64,000 nt of DNA from a virus (IMGVR_UViG_3300021400_000128:72916-136915); one strand, 5' to 3'. Numbered from the stretch's first letter, positions 1-9,763 are shown. The notes: generated by a model from the letters alone, not told the origin. Program-made: numbers and translations.

Positions 1-286
1 CACCAAACATATCATTCACTAAGGCAGCGGTGATGGCGCATTGTCCGTAGGTCGGATCGCTTGCTTCCCAATCCTTCTGACAGTCAGGGTAAGCCGTATT
101 TGCTCTCCAACATTTGCGAAGCACAGCATATAGTTCATTCAGATTTGTGATTCCTGGAAATTGTGGAATTTCCTTGCATTTCAGTTCGCCGAGTTGTTCA
201 CCCTTGTAATGACCTCTGCGATCTTTGGATGTTTCACGAATATACTGCATATCTTCTAATGCTTTTGTTACGTTTGGGTTATTCAT
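1..286 (-). CDS. YunG-like protein (partial, runs off window)
   Basis: ATG at 286 with AAGGAG RBS; translation ends ...W.ASDPTYGQCAITAALVNDMFG, matching the YunG GQCxxTA motif. Confidence 0.55.
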   Translation of the reverse strand, partial: MNNPNVTKALEDMQYIRETSKDRRGHYKGEQLGELKCKEIPQFPGITNLNELYAVLRKCWRANTAYPDCQKDWEASDPTYGQCAITAALVNDMFG

Positions 287-299
287 AATACTCTCCTTT

Positions 300-443
300 T
301 TGACACTCCCCATGCCTAAAGGCAGGGGATTCTCTCTCGATGACGGTAACCCGCCAAGCATAAAAGAGCTATCTCCGTGTGCCCCACGGTTAGTTCGTCT
401 TTGACCCCATAGCTAAAGCAAGGGGATTGCAGACGGTTTTTTG
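300..443 (-). mobile_element. Non-autonomous IS605-type mini-element (left end + omegaRNA + right end, no ORF)
   Basis: Right end TTGACACTCCCCATGCCTAAAGGCAGGGGATTC identical to the TnpB elements; left-end hairpin CCCCATAGCTAAAGCAAGGGG; flanked by TTGAA (444-448, minus strand). Confidence 0.9.
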
Positions 444-450
444 TTCAAGT

Positions 451-909
451 TTAATTCCACGGGCTATCCAGTTTACCGCCGGGAGTCCACTGTTGTCTGA
501 TCGGGTTTCGTCTCATCCACGCATCAGCTCGTTTTTGTGCATCTGCGTGAATTTTCGCAAGAGCCTGCAATTTTTTCTGTCCTGCATCATCAAATACGCA
601 GGATGAAACATCATCCGGGAAAGTGGTGTGCCAGCTTACCGGGCCATCAGTCCAGATTTTAGCTCCGACAAAATTGCAATTGATAAGATCAGCACCAAAG
701 AAGCTAACACCCATCAAATCGCATCCCGTAAAATTACAGTCGGTAATTTTTGCATTCACAAAATTACTGTTGCGAATATCAAATTGACTAAAATCAATAC
801 CATTGATATCACTGTCTTTGAAAGATGCCGGGAAATCATCCTGAGACAAACGTGTATCAGTCGTTATAGTTTCTCGCCAGAAATTTGCTTTGAAGTCTGC
901 CATATTCAC
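451..909 (-). CDS. Pentapeptide-repeat protein
   Basis: Repeats such as ASFKD/IDFSQ/SNFVN/CNFTG/CDLMG/VSFFG/ADLIN. Confidence 0.8.
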   Translation of the reverse strand: MNMADFKANFWRETITTDTRLSQDDFPASFKDSDINGIDFSQFDIRNSNFVNAKITDCNFTGCDLMGVSFFGADLINCNFVGAKIWTDGPVSWHTTFPDDVSSCVFDDAGQKKLQALAKIHADAQKRADAWMRRNPIRQQWTPGGKLDSPWN

Positions 910-1193
910 CTCTGAACTTTAGAAACCCGATAGGTATTCATCATAGCGCCAAAATCATCTAACTGCTGCGACGATAAATCAACACCGCGAAGGTCAAATG
1001 GACAAATATAATCCACTGTGGTAATATCAATTGCCAAAGACGCAAGGCTCAAAGGCAGTACACCGATGACGTGCTTTCCACGAACATCATCAGGCGTTGC
1101 TTGAGAAATAACTTTTCCGGTAATTCCACGCATCGCGAGCCAATCAATAAGTCCAGAATGTCTGGTAACAATGATAGTGTTGTTGTCTGTCAT
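906..1193 (-). CDS. Csx16 (VVA1548)-like protein, putative cyclic-oligoadenylate ring nuclease
   Basis: IVTRHSGLIDWL...VIGVLPLSLA matches the Csx16 signature (SRHPGAxEW...VIGTLPxHLA). Confidence 0.7.
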   Translation of the reverse strand: MTDNNTIIVTRHSGLIDWLAMRGITGKVISQATPDDVRGKHVIGVLPLSLASLAIDITTVDYICPFDLRGVDLSSQQLDDFGAMMNTYRVSKVQR

Positions 1194-1213
1194 AGTATTC
1201 TTCTTACAGCTTC

Positions 1214-1477
1214 CTAATTAAATTTCACATCAAGTTGTGCAAAATTAGGTATGATACCATATTCGGCGAGAATTTCTTCTGCTTCACGAACTATTGTATG
1301 CAGTTCGTTAGGATAGGTTTCCCACGCAAAATCAGATGCCGCAATGGCATCATACCAGTGATGCTCCGCTTCGAGAATGCTGTTACTGACGTAATTCAGT
1401 TCAGCCTGTTCCCAATAAGTGGTCAAACCTTCAGTGCTGTCATTGGTGTTGGTATCGTAATCGAAATTGCCGTTCAT
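1214..1477 (-). CDS. Acidic hypothetical protein, first gene of an early cassette
   Basis: ORF with GGAGG RBS directly downstream of a consensus promoter. Confidence 0.7.
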   Translation of the reverse strand: MNGNFDYDTNTNDSTEGLTTYWEQAELNYVSNSILEAEHHWYDAIAASDFAWETYPNELHTIVREAEEILAEYGIIPNFAQLDVKFN

Positions 1478-1578
1478 GATTGCCTCCGTGATTCAAAATT
1501 TATTATTTAATCAACTTACATCTATTATTATATGCGTTAATATATATTTGTCAATGTCTTTATTTATTTTTATTACAT
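1478..1578 (-). promoter_or_regulatory. Early promoter cassette (TTGACA-16-TATAAT, leader TAAGTTGA, RBS GAATCACGGAGG)
   Basis: -35 at 1549-1554 and -10 at 1527-1532; module recurs about 10 times in the window. Confidence 0.85.
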
Positions 1579-2001
1579 TTACAATTTTTTCGCAATTTCT
1601 TCAAGAGACTTCGTAAGTTCATCGTCTTCAACATCTTCAGCCTTATTGATGGAAATGCTCTGATTATCACGCCATCCTAACTGTTTCAAACTAAAAATTG
1701 CCGCTCCGTGCTTAATAGTTCCATACAGCATGCCCTGTTCAAGCAATACTTCTTTCCATCCTAAAAGCTCTTGTGCTTTTTCGCTCAAGTCTGCATTGTC
1801 CCGCTGCAATTGCATAACGTAATCATAATTCCATCCATTTTTCAGGCAGCATTCTTTGAATACAGGGATCCGCAGCGGTTTCCGTTGTCCGGTTTTTGTA
1901 TATTGAGAACCGTCCACGTTGCACTCCTGCATGTATTTATCAATTTGGTTAATCATATATGGGATATCATATATTGGTTTTTTTGGTCTTCCTGCCGGCA
2001 T
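1579..2001 (-). CDS. Terminase small subunit / DNA-packaging gp3-like
   Basis: N-terminal GRPKK and C-terminal GAAIFSLKQLGWRD motifs. Confidence 0.7.
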   Translation of the reverse strand: MPAGRPKKPIYDIPYMINQIDKYMQECNVDGSQYTKTGQRKPLRIPVFKECCLKNGWNYDYVMQLQRDNADLSEKAQELLGWKEVLLEQGMLYGTIKHGAAIFSLKQLGWRDNQSISINKAEDVEDDELTKSLEEIAKKL

Positions 2002-2019
2002 AATATCACCTCTTTAAAA

Positions 2020-2072
2020 AAAATAAGAAAGTGCAATGAATACACTTTCTTAGAGTCTTTTGTTATTATACC
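2020..2072 (-). promoter_or_regulatory. CTAAGAA-leader element (-10 box, conserved motif, hairpin + U-tract)
   Basis: TATAAT-11nt-CTAAGAAAGTG...CACTTTCTTATTTTTT; one of nine copies. Confidence 0.7.
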
Positions 2073-2125
2073 AGTTTTTATTATTTGTCAATATTAGTAT
2101 TTGATTATTACTTTGTCAAACAGCT

Positions 2126-2344
2126 CTAAAAACCGCTTGTAGTCTTTTTTTTATTTTTTATGACATAACCAGGATTATGAAACAATTCAGGATTACTTAA
2201 AAGTTCATTCATTAGTTTGTCAAGCGTCTCATATGCTTCTTTCACATTTTCTGGTGCATCATTATTCAATTTTCCCGTCTCCTCATCATAATAAGGCTTA
2301 ATAATCTTTAACAATGCTTTTGCTGTTTTCATTTTATCTTCCAT
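2126..2344 (-). CDS. Small protein downstream of MGG metallopeptidase (possible immunity partner)
   Basis: Coupled to the upstream gene; function inferred from position only. Confidence 0.55.
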   Translation of the reverse strand: MEDKMKTAKALLKIIKPYYDEETGKLNNDAPENVKEAYETLDKLMNELLSNPELFHNPGYVIKNKKKTTSGF

Positions 2345-2346
2345 TT

Positions 2347-3249
2347 TTATCCTCCATATCCTAATCTGTCAATTTCATCTAATAATACCTTGACATATGC
2401 CTTTGAAACTTCACTGGCATTGTCTTTATTAGTATATATATCTGCAAATGCTTCCGCAAATGCTTCTTTTGTTGGGCTGCCGCCATATGACTTCGCATCA
2501 CTGGCATACCCCGAGATTTCATGTCGGAAAGATGGTAAGGCTTTTTTATATCCTATTGATTTTTTTGCTTCCTTTTCCAGACGTTGTAAAGTTTTACTTT
2601 TTCTGATATCATCCATCATATTATAAGTATCAAAAAAACCTTTTTTCTTTGCATCTTTCAACATTCTGCCTAATAAGTAATTATGTATCGCATGACCGAA
2701 TTCATGTGCAACCACAGATTCAGGTGTCATATTTGGGATATCAAATCCTCTTTCAGCTCCTGAAAACAATTTTGGATCATCTACCTTTGAAAAATGTACG
2801 CCTAACCCAAAGGTTTGACGTGTTTCACCAGTAGCCCCACTGAATGTAGATTTAATTTCTGCGGCAGTTGTACCACCAGGATCAACGATGTAATGGAATC
2901 CATTTATAGCCCCCTGCATAAAGGGATATCTTTCTTCAAGTTCAGAAATGGTATTCAACGCCCGTTTTATCATTTGTAAATCATGGTTCTCCGTAAAACC
3001 CTTTGCAACATTTGTTTCGCCATATTTTTCAATCAACACAGAACGCAGATCTTCTTTTGTCTGCGCATCATTTATTTTATCCCAAAAAGACTTTTCTTTT
3101 GGCTGCTTTGCGGTTAACCGTTTTTGCCGCTCCACTTCTTTCGCTGCCTGTCTCTGCTGTTCAAGTTCATCGATTTCACTTTGAGGAGCCCCGTTCTGCA
3201 ATGCTCTTGCTATCTTTTTTGCTAACCTGTAGCTTGCTGATCCACCCAT
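2347..3249 (-). CDS. MGG-leader protein with zincin metallopeptidase domain
   Basis: Starts MGGSASYRLAKKIA; HEFGH...ISGYA...EAFAEAF motif. Confidence 0.75.
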   Translation of the reverse strand: MGGSASYRLAKKIARALQNGAPQSEIDELEQQRQAAKEVERQKRLTAKQPKEKSFWDKINDAQTKEDLRSVLIEKYGETNVAKGFTENHDLQMIKRALNTISELEERYPFMQGAINGFHYIVDPGGTTAAEIKSTFSGATGETRQTFGLGVHFSKVDDPKLFSGAERGFDIPNMTPESVVAHEFGHAIHNYLLGRMLKDAKKKGFFDTYNMMDDIRKSKTLQRLEKEAKKSIGYKKALPSFRHEISGYASDAKSYGGSPTKEAFAEAFADIYTNKDNASEVSKAYVKVLLDEIDRLGYGG

Positions 3250-3368
3250 GTCAACCATCCTTTAAAGCAAAAGAAGACTGAACATTGATCGCTCAGTCTT
3301 CTTAGGAATCTCGCTGATTATAATTATATCATGAGCGGTGATATATTTTACAGTTTATCTCATCATCC

Positions 3369-3767
3369 TCATCCTAATTCCCAGACATCTTCATCTGAGT
3401 CTCGGTACTCGAACATATCATCCGTAGGTTGTGTTCTGAGCTCCGGATTTTCTTCGATCTGCTTTATCACACCCCAGGCAAGGTCATCCAGAACGTCTTC
3501 ATAGTCATACCATGCCCGTGACGTATCGAAAAGAGCATTAGCGATATAATTGACCGTCCTGTCACCCATCGCCATCAGATAGCGTGCAGCGGGATTGCAC
3601 GTTTCCTTTCCATATTCGATTCCGACACGATCACCATCGTTGTTATAACGATAGATGATCCTGGAAGTAGCACGAACCATCTCCCCGGCAACGCTTTCCG
3701 CTTTTCCCTCGAAAGGAACCAATTCATCAAACAGTTGATTTAATTGATCCTCGTAAATGCTCATCAT
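3369..3767 (-). CDS. Conserved phage hypothetical protein
   Basis: LVPFEGKAESVAGEMVRA..RIIYRYNNDGD, a recurrent phage motif. Confidence 0.7.
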   Translation of the reverse strand: MMSIYEDQLNQLFDELVPFEGKAESVAGEMVRATSRIIYRYNNDGDRVGIEYGKETCNPAARYLMAMGDRTVNYIANALFDTSRAWYDYEDVLDDLAWGVIKQIEENPELRTQPTDDMFEYRDSDEDVWELG

Positions 3768-4059
3768 TTTTGACCTTCCTTTACAATTTGCTGGCCTCGT
3801 TTTATTGCTTTGACACTCCCCATGCCTAAAGGCAGGGGATTCTTAAGAAGGTTGCTAAGATAGCCTTATTCTTAAAGGGCTTGCCAATAGCCCGCTATCC
3901 AGTCTTTCAAAATTGAAATTCTGTTTACATTTCCGTTACCGCCTTATATCCCCATAGTTGAAGCGAGGGGTTTTACGGCTGTTTTCTGATAAAATCACCG
4001 TACCAGTTTGTTTCGAATTGAAAATCAAAATTCTTCAGCATTTGCTGTCGAAGTGTCAT
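3764..4059 (-). pseudogene. 38-aa ORF interrupted by the mini-element
   Basis: Removing 3810-3988 restores MTLRQQMLKNFDFQFETNWYGDFIAIKRGQQIVKEGQK*. Confidence 0.65.
3810..3988 (-). mobile_element. Non-autonomous IS605-type mini-element with a third omegaRNA-like scaffold
   Basis: Same right-end hairpin; left end CCCCATAGTTGAAGCGAGGGG; TAM-like TTTAT at 3989-3993. Confidence 0.85.
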
Positions 4060-4239
4060 GTCATTCTCCTCTCAGCAAACCGCCATCATCTGCTGCCAAA
4101 TGCACATTTTTTCGTTATCATCATAATCGGCAGCGTCCAAATCGTCATATACTTCGATCATGGCGTACTATTTTTCTTCTAAAGTGCTGATGGTGGACAA
4201 CTTGTTAAGATAGTTGGCGAAAATTGTGTTTGCGTTCAT

Positions 4240-4376
4240 AGGTAACCTCCGTGATTCAAAATTTATTATTTAATCAACTTACATTTATTATTATATGCGT
4301 TATTATATATTTGTCAATGTCTTCTTTTATTTTTATTACAATTAATCGTAAAGAAAAAACCGGGATATCCGGTTGT
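4240..4376 (-). promoter_or_regulatory. Terminator + early promoter cassette
   Basis: AACCGGGATATCCGGTT hairpin with T-tract on minus, then TTGACA (4312-4317)-16-TATAAT. Confidence 0.85.
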
Positions 4377-4380
4377 AATA

Positions 4381-5280
4381 TTATTTTGAATTATCGTATG
4401 TTACTTTAAATCCCGCTGATTCGATTTGTTGAATTGTCGCCGCATGTGATGGATTATTTTTCCATGTCTTTGGTACAGAGAAATGATCTATATCATTGAG
4501 TGTTACATCACCGTGGAATTGTAATTCAGCGTATTGGTATCCATAGCTGCCGGTGTCATATAATTGTTTTGCTTGTTCGTAAAAATAACGAGCTTCACCT
4601 TCAGTAATTCTATCCGGTTCACCCCATTCTGCACTATATTTTGAAATGATACGGGGATTTGACACCCAACTCGGATATAAAACATCATACAACGAATCTC
4701 CAAGGGTCATTGTTGTACGGCTCACCATTGTATCTTTTTTGAAGACAATATCCAAATTACCGTAAGATGCAGCAGAAACAGAATCAGGACTTCCAAGATA
4801 GCCGTATTTTTCATAATCAGCGGGAGCTAAGACACCATCATATTCAAATGCTGTTCGCGAAAAATAATCTCTTGCGTCGAGATCTTCTGCACCCATTGAT
4901 GTACCCGTCTCGAACTGATTCATAATTCTTCCACTGGATAAAATCTTTGCAACTGTACTTTCTTTTATTCTTCGGCGAAATTCAAGTTTCTCAACTGCTT
5001 TGCGTAAATATTCTTCTCCACGATCGATTAGTTTCTGTGCGTCTACGGGCGAGTTATCCCGTAAGTTCTTTGACTTCTCAATATGCCCTGTGAAATTCTT
5101 TAATAATTTTGGTAATTCTGTATTTACAGGATTATTCTTTTCTCGTAAATATTGCTCATATGCTTCTTTTGCTTGCTGCCGTACATAATCTTCATCGAAT
5201 TCAAAAATTTCATTTTCGTATTCTTTTCTTTTCTTTTCGATAAATCTTTTAACAAATCTGAATTTTGCACTTCCACCCAT
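4381..5280 (-). CDS. MGG-leader protein with DUF3626-like putative ADP-ribosyltransferase domain
   Basis: MGGSAKFRF start; NQFETGTS.G, YGYL, YG, TMTLGDS and YAELQFHG motifs. Confidence 0.6.
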   Translation of the reverse strand: MGGSAKFRFVKRFIEKKRKEYENEIFEFDEDYVRQQAKEAYEQYLREKNNPVNTELPKLLKNFTGHIEKSKNLRDNSPVDAQKLIDRGEEYLRKAVEKLEFRRRIKESTVAKILSSGRIMNQFETGTSMGAEDLDARDYFSRTAFEYDGVLAPADYEKYGYLGSPDSVSAASYGNLDIVFKKDTMVSRTTMTLGDSLYDVLYPSWVSNPRIISKYSAEWGEPDRITEGEARYFYEQAKQLYDTGSYGYQYAELQFHGDVTLNDIDHFSVPKTWKNNPSHAATIQQIESAGFKVTYDNSK

Positions 5281-5359
5281 GTGTTACCACCTTAAATAAA
5301 AAAAGAAGACTAAACTTTTTTAGCTTAGCCTTCTTAGGGTCCTGTAGCTGATGATTTAC

Positions 5360-5677
5360 TTATTTTCTTATTCTCTGCTCGTAAATTTTCTCTTCACGAT
5401 CAATTAATTTTTTGATATGCGACTTTACTTTATCCGGTACTGGAACATTTTTGTCACGGAGATCCTCTAATCCTTCCGTTTCCCATCCATCATCATACAC
5501 TCTGGCAATGTTAAGGAATGAATCTAAAACTCCACTCTCACCATTTCCGTAATAAGTAGTATGTTTATGTAATTTATCTTTATAATCCGGGAATTGTACA
5601 AGGTAGAAGTCGGAATATTCTTCATCACCAACTTCTTTCTTTTCACGTCCAATTACTTTCATCTTGATTTCTGCCAT
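5360..5677 (-). CDS. Hypothetical protein
   Basis: ORF with GAGG RBS. Confidence 0.6.
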   Translation of the reverse strand: MAEIKMKVIGREKKEVGDEEYSDFYLVQFPDYKDKLHKHTTYYGNGESGVLDSFLNIARVYDDGWETEGLEDLRDKNVPVPDKVKSHIKKLIDREEKIYEQRIRK

Positions 5678-5696
5678 ATTTACCTCGCTGATTTAA

Positions 5697-6074
5697 TTAT
5701 ACATCATCTGATTTACGATGGTTTGATAATTCTGTGGAAAAACCTTCTGGATATCGAGCTTTGAGCTTATCCACATTCATTTGCATGATTTCGTCAAGCT
5801 TCCACCCAAAAGAATGTGCAATCATGGCACAATACCAAAGTGTGTCTCCAAGCTCTTTTTTTGCGTGTTCTCTGTCAAGTTTCGCGCTATGGAATATCCA
5901 CTTTTTTATCATGTCATTGAGCTCTCCTACTTCACCGGAAAGACCAAGGCAGCCATTCAGAATACCACCAACGTCCAAAGTCGTGTCATTACAGTCCATT
6001 CAGAAGTTTAACCGTTCTGTAGCCTTGCCATCGTTAGTTCTCATTGCTAATTCTTGATATTCGTTTCCAGTCAT
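5697..6074 (-). pseudogene. MazG-like nucleotide pyrophosphohydrolase with in-frame TGA at 6000-6002
   Basis: MTGNEYQELAMRTNDGKATERLNF*MDC...GLSGEVGEL..KK...KELGD; intact paralog at 50618-50989. Confidence 0.75.
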
Positions 6075-6084
6075 ACATCTCTCC

Positions 6085-6759
6085 TCACATATGAATATTA
6101 ACACAAGTCAAATAATAATCACCTGGAATGCTGTCAAGTATTTTGTTGTATTCATCATTCCATTGTGTATTAAATTTTCCTTCTTGTTCGATCCATTCTC
6201 CATCTGGTTTCAATACCGCCCACGGAGTCCATGTAAAAAGAAATTCTGCAAACGTCCGCTTTTCTGGTGACCAATTAGGATTCGAGGAGCAATCAAGAAC
6301 ATGCTGCACCCATCTGCGCCAAATCAAAGGGAACTGTTTTCTCAGCTTTTCTTCTGGTGCCGCAAGGTCAATTCGTGGAACATCTTTGATCTGAATATAA
6401 TTGTTGGGCTGTTCGTACAGGCCACAACCTTCTTTAATTATGTAATAGTCCCATTTCGCATCGGGATTATTTGCAGAAATAGCATTACCTTCTTTATCGA
6501 TATCTTCATACAATTCCATTTTTAAACTGTAATAGCGAATCGTGCCGATATCATCTTTATCCAGTGCTTCAAAAAGCTCTCTTTTTCCTTGTTCCGATAA
6601 TAAATCTGAATATTTTCTTAATCGTTTTTTTACCTCTGGATATTCAGCGCAAATATATGGATCCACTTCTAAATCCTGATCGAATGGTTCCATGCACTCT
6701 GCTATCATCTTCAGGGTTGGTTTTTTCTCTGTGATAACCGCAACTTCTAAATGTCCCAT
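6085..6759 (-). CDS. Phage hypothetical protein
   Basis: NPDAKWDYY and AVLKPDGEW motifs common in phage proteins. Confidence 0.7.
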   Translation of the reverse strand: MGHLEVAVITEKKPTLKMIAECMEPFDQDLEVDPYICAEYPEVKKRLRKYSDLLSEQGKRELFEALDKDDIGTIRYYSLKMELYEDIDKEGNAISANNPDAKWDYYIIKEGCGLYEQPNNYIQIKDVPRIDLAAPEEKLRKQFPLIWRRWVQHVLDCSSNPNWSPEKRTFAEFLFTWTPWAVLKPDGEWIEQEGKFNTQWNDEYNKILDSIPGDYYLTCVNIHM

Positions 6760-6762
6760 CTC

Positions 6763-7488
6763 TTAGCTTCCTTCCCTTATCTTTGGCTCATAGTTTTTTT
6801 CATTCTCGTCATATTCTTCACGATCAATGAACCTGGTTCCGCATCGTGGACACATCCGCCACTGCGAAGATTGAATGACTGCGCCGCAGTTGCAGAAACC
6901 ATTATTTTCTTGAATTTCTTTTTCTGTCATTGTCTCAGAAAAACCGAAGCCTCTTTTTATGATTTGTTCACACCAATTAAAAGATATTGGTTGACCGTCA
7001 TCAACTAACCAACTCGGATCTTCAAACATCTGATAATATGGTTCAGCATCCGTAATATTGTAGACATTATCATGACCTAATAAAAACCAGTTCCCGGTTA
7101 TACGAACGTTGATTTCCATGACCATTACTCGTTTCGCAAGTCTGCACAACCAGGTAATGAATGATTTCAGTCCTTCTTTAAATGACCGATCACGCAGATC
7201 GCCTTCTACCACCAGAAAATAGTTACTCTGCATTCGCATCCAGCCATGATTCCTATCCCTATATCCATCCCTATCAAATAGATTGTTTGTACGATTACCG
7301 AATTCGTCATGAGAACAGGAATCTGTGTTACCGCTTCTTTGAATGATATGAACTGTCATATCTCCTTCACTGCCGGATACGATAGGCAGATGATTCAGTA
7401 CGGTTTCTAAAACAAAGCGTTTTTCTGCTTGTGTTCTGCCAATCGGCGAAACGGTAATTAATCCGCGGATATGTGTCCAGTAACTCAT
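6763..7488 (-). CDS. Phage hypothetical protein with C-terminal zinc ribbon
   Basis: MSYWTHIRG start; CNCG...CPRCG. Confidence 0.7.
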   Translation of the reverse strand: MSYWTHIRGLITVSPIGRTQAEKRFVLETVLNHLPIVSGSEGDMTVHIIQRSGNTDSCSHDEFGNRTNNLFDRDGYRDRNHGWMRMQSNYFLVVEGDLRDRSFKEGLKSFITWLCRLAKRVMVMEINVRITGNWFLLGHDNVYNITDAEPYYQMFEDPSWLVDDGQPISFNWCEQIIKRGFGFSETMTEKEIQENNGFCNCGAVIQSSQWRMCPRCGTRFIDREEYDENEKNYEPKIREGS

Positions 7489-7937
7489 AAGTTATCCCCA
7501 CCAGTGACGATCTCTTTCATCAACTCGGCAATTTTCTCCAACTCACTTATTTGTTGCTGTTTCTTTTCGTACCGTGCGTACTTCTCAGGCTCAACAGCAT
7601 CCCAATCAATCGCCTGACCGCATCGTGAACAGTAATTCGATTTCTGCTGATTGTGCCTTCGCGGTACGTACTGCTCTCCGACGAACCATCCGCAAGTAGG
7701 GCAGCACCATTCAGCCCATTTGCTGATCCAGGTGTCTCCTGGTTTGTCAATATAATCAGTACCAATAAGTGATTCACCTGTCTTGAAAATAGGTTCTTTC
7801 GGTATCAATCTGTTATCATCTTGCAACACGTGATACTGATTATCTAATTTTGGCAAATCAACATAAATACAATCCATCTCATTGACTTCAGGATATTTAA
7901 TTGCTATTGCATTCGCGTCAATCAATCTGTAACTCAT
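7485..7937 (-). CDS. Zinc-ribbon hypothetical protein
   Basis: RLIDA start; CPTCG...CSRCGQAIDW. Confidence 0.7.
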   Translation of the reverse strand: MSYRLIDANAIAIKYPEVNEMDCIYVDLPKLDNQYHVLQDDNRLIPKEPIFKTGESLIGTDYIDKPGDTWISKWAEWCCPTCGWFVGEQYVPRRHNQQKSNYCSRCGQAIDWDAVEPEKYARYEKKQQQISELEKIAELMKEIVTGGDNL

Positions 7938-7986
7938 TACTTGTTTCCTTTTTTCTTACATAAAATAAAAATCCATTGCACTTGTC

Positions 7987-8316
7987 TTATTTTTCATTGT
8001 CAGCTCCGTTATAACTTCCGCAGTTCGGGCAGTACGAAAAATCTGTGAAGTAATACTGATACGGAGCGGTCATATACTTCCCACACACAGAACATCTTGC
8101 TGACTGCCAGACTGGAATTTCATAATCCGCATTGTCAAAAGTTTCCTTTTCCATCCACTTTCCTTTCTTCCGCTCTGGCTCTACGGATGGCAATGTTTGC
8201 ACCAGTTTTCTCACACCGCTGGCGGCACCCCCAAGGTCGCCATACAGGCCTCTTAATGTTTCTGCTCTCGAAGTCAATAAATTAATTATCGTTTGCCTAT
8301 CTATACAATCACTCAT
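7987..8316 (-). CDS. Zinc-ribbon hypothetical protein
   Basis: DCIDRQ...KGKW...CSVCG...YCPNCG. Confidence 0.7.
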   Translation of the reverse strand: MSDCIDRQTIINLLTSRAETLRGLYGDLGGAASGVRKLVQTLPSVEPERKKGKWMEKETFDNADYEIPVWQSARCSVCGKYMTAPYQYYFTDFSYCPNCGSYNGADNEK

Positions 8317-8491
8317 TCCAACTCCGATCTAACTTTGCACCGCAATGTGAACAATAAGAATCACAACTAAAAACTTTTTTCTTGCAATACTAAATTCTCT
8401 GGTATCTTCACTAATATATTCACCACACTCAAATAAATGTGTAAACATTATTTTTTTTTGCGCGTCTATTGCGTCCTGTCTGCCTATAAGG

Positions 8492-8851
8492 TCACTCATA
8501 ATTAGCTTTCTCTAAATCCATATATCCACATTTATCCATCATATCCGCTCCGCAGTGGTAACAATAGTAAAAATTGTGATTCCCGATATCTGAGTTTTCT
8601 AAAACTGCATGACATTCAGAGCACTCCCAACAATCTTCATCTTTTCGGCGTTGCCACCTTCCCTTCTTTCGATCTGCGGAAGCTAAATTATTAATTGCTT
8701 TTATCGCATCGTCCAGCCCTTTGTTGTACTGTGTGAACGGATTACCTTCACTAACATAACCGTTACTATTTCCTTTGTAGGCAGTCATGTAAACCTTCTC
8801 AAATTCGATTGCTTCAACAGCATCATTTCTATCAATCAAATCACTCATCAT
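8492..8851 (-). CDS. Zinc-ribbon hypothetical protein
   Basis: DLIDR...KGRW...CSECH...YCYHCGADM. Confidence 0.7.
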   Translation of the reverse strand: MMSDLIDRNDAVEAIEFEKVYMTAYKGNSNGYVSEGNPFTQYNKGLDDAIKAINNLASADRKKGRWQRRKDEDCWECSECHAVLENSDIGNHNFYYCYHCGADMMDKCGYMDLEKANYE

Positions 8852-9237
8852 TTACTTCTCCAAGGTTCTGGTAACGGCATCCATGCGAGTACATTCACAT
8901 TATGTGCGTCACAGTCACCATCATGCGCACACCACCATGCACTCTGATTCCAACTAATATACCCGACAGAGATAAATGAATTCTGGTTATATTTTTTATC
9001 TAATCTACGGATTGTCAACAGTACAAACTCTCCATCTTTCGGCAATGCTTCAGTAACAGAAATCCACTTCCGCTCCGGCTCTGCGGATGGCAAGGCTTTC
9101 AATGCTTCTACTGCTGGTTTTGCATCAAAACCTTCCGGGATGGAACAGCCATATGTTTCAATGTCTTCCGTTTCCAACCGATACATTGCATCTATCGCAT
9201 CCTGTCTCCGAATCAAATCACCATTCATACTGCACAT
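8848..9237 (-). CDS. DUF551-like protein
   Basis: WISVTEALP...VLAWMPLPEP. Confidence 0.7.
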   Translation of the reverse strand: MCSMNGDLIRRQDAIDAMYRLETEDIETYGCSIPEGFDAKPAVEALKALPSAEPERKWISVTEALPKDGEFVLLTIRRLDKKYNQNSFISVGYISWNQSAWWCAHDGDCDAHNVNVLAWMPLPEPWRSK

Positions 9238-9556
9238 CCTCCTTGCAAATATCGTCTACTCTGACGATCCAGACAGGAAACCAACCTTTACCATAATTCG
9301 GCTTTTCCTGACCGACTTCAGCCACATACCCTGAAGCTCTTTCGCCATCATACCACCCACAATAATATCGACACCAACCATCTTTGATTTCTGCTTTTGG
9401 ATTTATGTCCACATTAGGTATATTATTCAGACAATCTTCGCCTACGATATAACCAATCACAGCTCTTTTTTCACGGCAAACATCTTTAGAAACGACGTAA
9501 ATACTACCTTCATCAAAATCTACCAATACACCCCATGTGAATTTTCTGTTACTCAT
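9218..9556 (-). CDS. Hypothetical protein
   Basis: Tightly packed ORF in operon. Confidence 0.6.
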   Translation of the reverse strand: MSNRKFTWGVLVDFDEGSIYVVSKDVCREKRAVIGYIVGEDCLNNIPNVDINPKAEIKDGWCRYYCGWYDGERASGYVAEVGQEKPNYGKGWFPVWIVRVDDICKEDVQYEW

Positions 9557-9763
9557 TACTCACTCCAATAAAACCAAAAATTTCAGCACAAATGCATTTC
9601 GATGATGGACAAATATATTGGTAATGATTTTCTAAATCACATGAACCTATATGAGTACCAATTTCACTTCTATCTATTGTGTTTTTCCCACTAAAATATG
9701 GACAATTACAAATATATTCATCAATTTTTTTGTTATCCATACAGTCTTCCATCTCAGCATTCC

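Noticed and set aside
8317-8495. Additional DLI.RQ/zinc-ribbon gene
   Set aside because: Only a degraded fragment with a homopolymer run and stops
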